Shown: positions 51,032 to 54,589 of the stretch, one piece after another
How positions within the stretch are numbered: the stretch's first letter is position 1
Layout of the letters: every line of letters begins with the position of its first letter
DNA from: Eledone cirrhosa
Taxonomy: Eukaryota
Reading direction: 5' to 3'
NCBI GenBank assembly: GCA_964016885.1
Contig: CAXHJY010000782.1
Span: forward strand, 1-54,589
Length of the DNA stretch: 54,589 nucleotides
Notes under the pieces: model-generated
Seen by the model: only the letters and a program-made list of their open reading frames with translations
What the model was told of the DNA's origin: nothing
Databases searched by the model: none
Position numbers and translations under genes: made by a program

Positions 51032-53083
51032 AAGGTAGATGAAGCAGTCAAGGCCAAGAGACAGGCATGGAAAGAATGGAAGAACGGGGGGAGCAGGGTA
51101 CATTACATAGAGACCAAGAGGGAAGCTAGGCGACAAGTATACTTAGCTAGGAGGGAAGCAGAGGATAGAAAATTCAAGCATGTTTTACAACGTGAGGACC
51201 AGAAACAGGAGGTATTCAAGATTGCGAGGCAGTGTGTCAGAGATAGTTGTGATGTCATTGGAGAGAAGTGTATCCGGAATGATAAAGGTGAGCTTGCCCT
51301 CACAAGTGCTGAGAAGAAAGATGCATGGAAGAGTCATTATGATAGATTACTAAATGAGGAGAATGCATGGGAAGAAGAGACCCTACCCCACGTAGACCCT
51401 ATAGAGGGACCAGCAGTACAAGTCAGCGGCAGCGTAGTAAGTAAGGCAATCAGAGATATGAAGATAGGGAAGGCAACCGGTCCATCGGGTATAGCTGCCG
51501 AGATGCTGAAGGCATCTGGGTCTGTAGGTCACACTATAACCACACGTATCGTTAACCAGGTAATACTAGAGGGGGCCATACCAAAAGATTGGTGCAGTAG
51601 CATCATTGTCAACTGCTACAAAGGTAAAGGCGATGCACTAGATAGAGGAAACTATAGAGGTATAAAGTTGATGGACCAGGTCATGAAAGTAACAGAAAGA
51701 GTTATAGCACAGCTGATTAGGGACCGGGTGAATATAGACGAGATGCAATTTGGGTTTGTTCCAGGGAAAGGCACCACTGATGCGCTCTTCCTTGTGAGGC
51801 AATTACAGGAAAAGTACCTAGCTAAAAGTAAGCCACTCTACTTGGCATTTGTCGACCTTGAGAAAGCCTTTGACAGAGTTCCACGTGCAGTAATCTGGTG
51901 GGCTCTTAGAAAACTAGGAGTAGATGAATGGCTTGTGAAAGCGGTACAAGCCATGTATAGGGGAGCAGTCAGCAAAGTTAGGATTGGCAATGAGTATAGC
52001 GAGGAATTTAGCGTACAGGTTGGGGTCCACCAGGGCTCTGTTCTTAGCCCTCTCCTGTTCATCATAGTCCTGCAGGCAATAACGGAGGAGTTTAAGACCG
52101 GATGCCCATGGGAACTCCTGTATGCTGATGACCTCGCACTCATAGCTGAATCTATGGTAGAACTAGAGAATAAATTCCAAACCTGGAAGCAGGGACTAGA
52201 GAGAAAGGGCCTCAAAGTCAACATGACAAAGACTAAGGTCCTTATAAGTAGACGAGAAAACAGAACCCAGATCCCCTCAGGGAAATGGCCTTGCTCAGTA
52301 TGTAGGAAAGGTGTAGGTAGGAACTCCATTCTTTGCCCCAAATGCAAACAATGGGTACACAAGAGATGTAGCGGGATCTCAGGAAGCTTAATTAAGAATG
52401 TAGGATTCACATGCAGCAGCTGTGCTGAAACAGCAAGCAAACAGCCACAGGAAACAAGTACCACCAATCTCTGGGAGGGCCCTGTAGAAACAGTAGACAG
52501 CTTCTGCTACCTAGGTGACCGAATTAGCAACGGAGGTGGGTGCTCAGAAAGTACAATAACTAGGGTAAGAACGGGATGGAAGAAGTTTAGGGAACTACTA
52601 CCACTGCTAGCTGCAAAAGGCTTCTCCCTCAGAATGAAAGGCAGACTGTATGATGCGTGTATCCGAACAGCGATGTTGCATGGTAGTGAGACCTGGGCGC
52701 TGAAGGTGGAAGACTTACGTAGATTAGAGAGAAACGAAGCCTGCATGCTCCGATGGATGTGTAACAGTAATATACGTGAACGACAAAGCATAAATGAATT
52801 GAGAGAGAGACTGAGCATAAGAGGAATCAAATGCTGCGTGCAGGAGAGGCGGTTACGCTGGTATGGACATGTGATGCGTATGAAGGATGACAGCTGCATA
52901 AAAAGGTGCAGAGCACTAGAAGTTGATGGAAACCGCGGAGTGGGGAGACCCAAGATGACTTGGGATGAGGTGATAAAAGCCGACCTTACCCAACTACACC
53001 TCTCAAAGTCAATGACACACGACCGTGACTTCTGGCGTCACGCAGTAATACAGGGTACCCGACCTCCCATGGGTACATGCTGA
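51032..53083 (+). CDS. RTE reverse transcriptase ORF (endonuclease lost by 5' truncation) with PHD-type zinc finger
   Basis: Frame is open from 51032 (KVDEAVKAKRQAWKEWK), in frame with ATG 51458. Motifs GNYRGIKL, QFGF, FVDLEKAFD, GVHQGSVLSP, YADD (52121-52132); C4HC3 at 52292-52423. Confidence 0.93.
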   Translation, partial: KVDEAVKAKRQAWKEWKNGGSRVHYIETKREARRQVYLARREAEDRKFKHVLQREDQKQEVFKIARQCVRDSCDVIGEKCIRNDKGELALTSAEKKDAWKSHYDRLLNEENAWEEETLPHVDPIEGPAVQVSGSVVSKAIRDMKIGKATGPSGIAAEMLKASGSVGHTITTRIVNQVILEGAIPKDWCSSIIVNCYKGKGDALDRGNYRGIKLMDQVMKVTERVIAQLIRDRVNIDEMQFGFVPGKGTTDALFLVRQLQEKYLAKSKPLYLAFVDLEKAFDRVPRAVIWWALRKLGVDEWLVKAVQAMYRGAVSKVRIGNEYSEEFSVQVGVHQGSVLSPLLFIIVLQAITEEFKTGCPWELLYADDLALIAESMVELENKFQTWKQGLERKGLKVNMTKTKVLISRRENRTQIPSGKWPCSVCRKGVGRNSILCPKCKQWVHKRCSGISGSLIKNVGFTCSSCAETASKQPQETSTTNLWEGPVETVDSFCYLGDRISNGGGCSESTITRVRTGWKKFRELLPLLAAKGFSLRMKGRLYDACIRTAMLHGSETWALKVEDLRRLERNEACMLRWMCNSNIRERQSINELRERLSIRGIKCCVQERRLRWYGHVMRMKDDSCIKRCRALEVDGNRGVGRPKMTWDEVIKADLTQLHLSKSMTHDRDFWRHAVIQGTRPPMGTC

Positions 53084-53382
53084 AGCATATAAACAATATG
53101 CCCCCCCCCCCCCCCCCACCGCAAGGTGGTCGTGGAGGTGCCACGGCAAAAAAGCACCCAGCCCACACTGTAAAGTGGACGTGTAGGCGCCACGAAAAAG
53201 CACCCAGCACTCACTGTAAATGAGGTTGGTGTTAGGAAGGGCATCCAGCTGTAGAAATCAAGCCAGATCAGTTCCTGTATGAGCAAGGCATGGTCAGCCG
53301 ACCAGACACTGCCCACAACAGGACAACCCGTCTAACCCATGCTAGCGTGGAAGAACGGACGTAAAACGGTGATGATGATGAT
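51032..53382 (+). mobile_element. RTE-clade LINE, 5'-truncated, young (subfamily II)
   Basis: Open RT ORF, 3' UTR, (GAT)n tail. Both ends in (TA)n. Confidence 0.96.

Positions 53383-54589
<1,207 letters not shown>

Noticed and set aside
40226-53316. ORFs 40226-40831, 51838-52467, 52507-52953 and similar
   Set aside because: Antisense shadows of the mariner and RTE coding sequences.

Overview
Eukaryotic, AT-rich, microsatellite-dense genomic DNA. The (TA)n/(CA)n load and the RTE/SINE content suggest an octopus or other cephalopod (inferred, not proven). Host coding content is small: two phase-compatible minus-strand exons (16791-16911, 7398-7669) of an unidentified gene, so most of the window is probably intron or flank. 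Mobile elements include RTE LINE fragments (one with an open ~680-codon RT+PHD ORF at 51032-53083), CR1 fragments, several tRNA-derived SINE families, an internally deleted mariner, a truncated piggyBac with related MITEs, and several minisatellites. The main hidden signal is a set of short Penelope-like (PLE) terminal-repeat remnants from several dissimilar families, mostly sitting in (TA)n tracts. Together they carry about 15 recognisable minimal type-I hammerhead ribozyme motifs plus more decayed ones, often inside long inverted repeats. Several families also share a covarying ACUC-stem-loop-stem-UU-GAGU bulged hairpin 3' of the ribozyme. All structures were folded by eye and coordinates of repeats are approximate. 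Nearly all other ORFs in the track are microsatellite or antisense artefacts.
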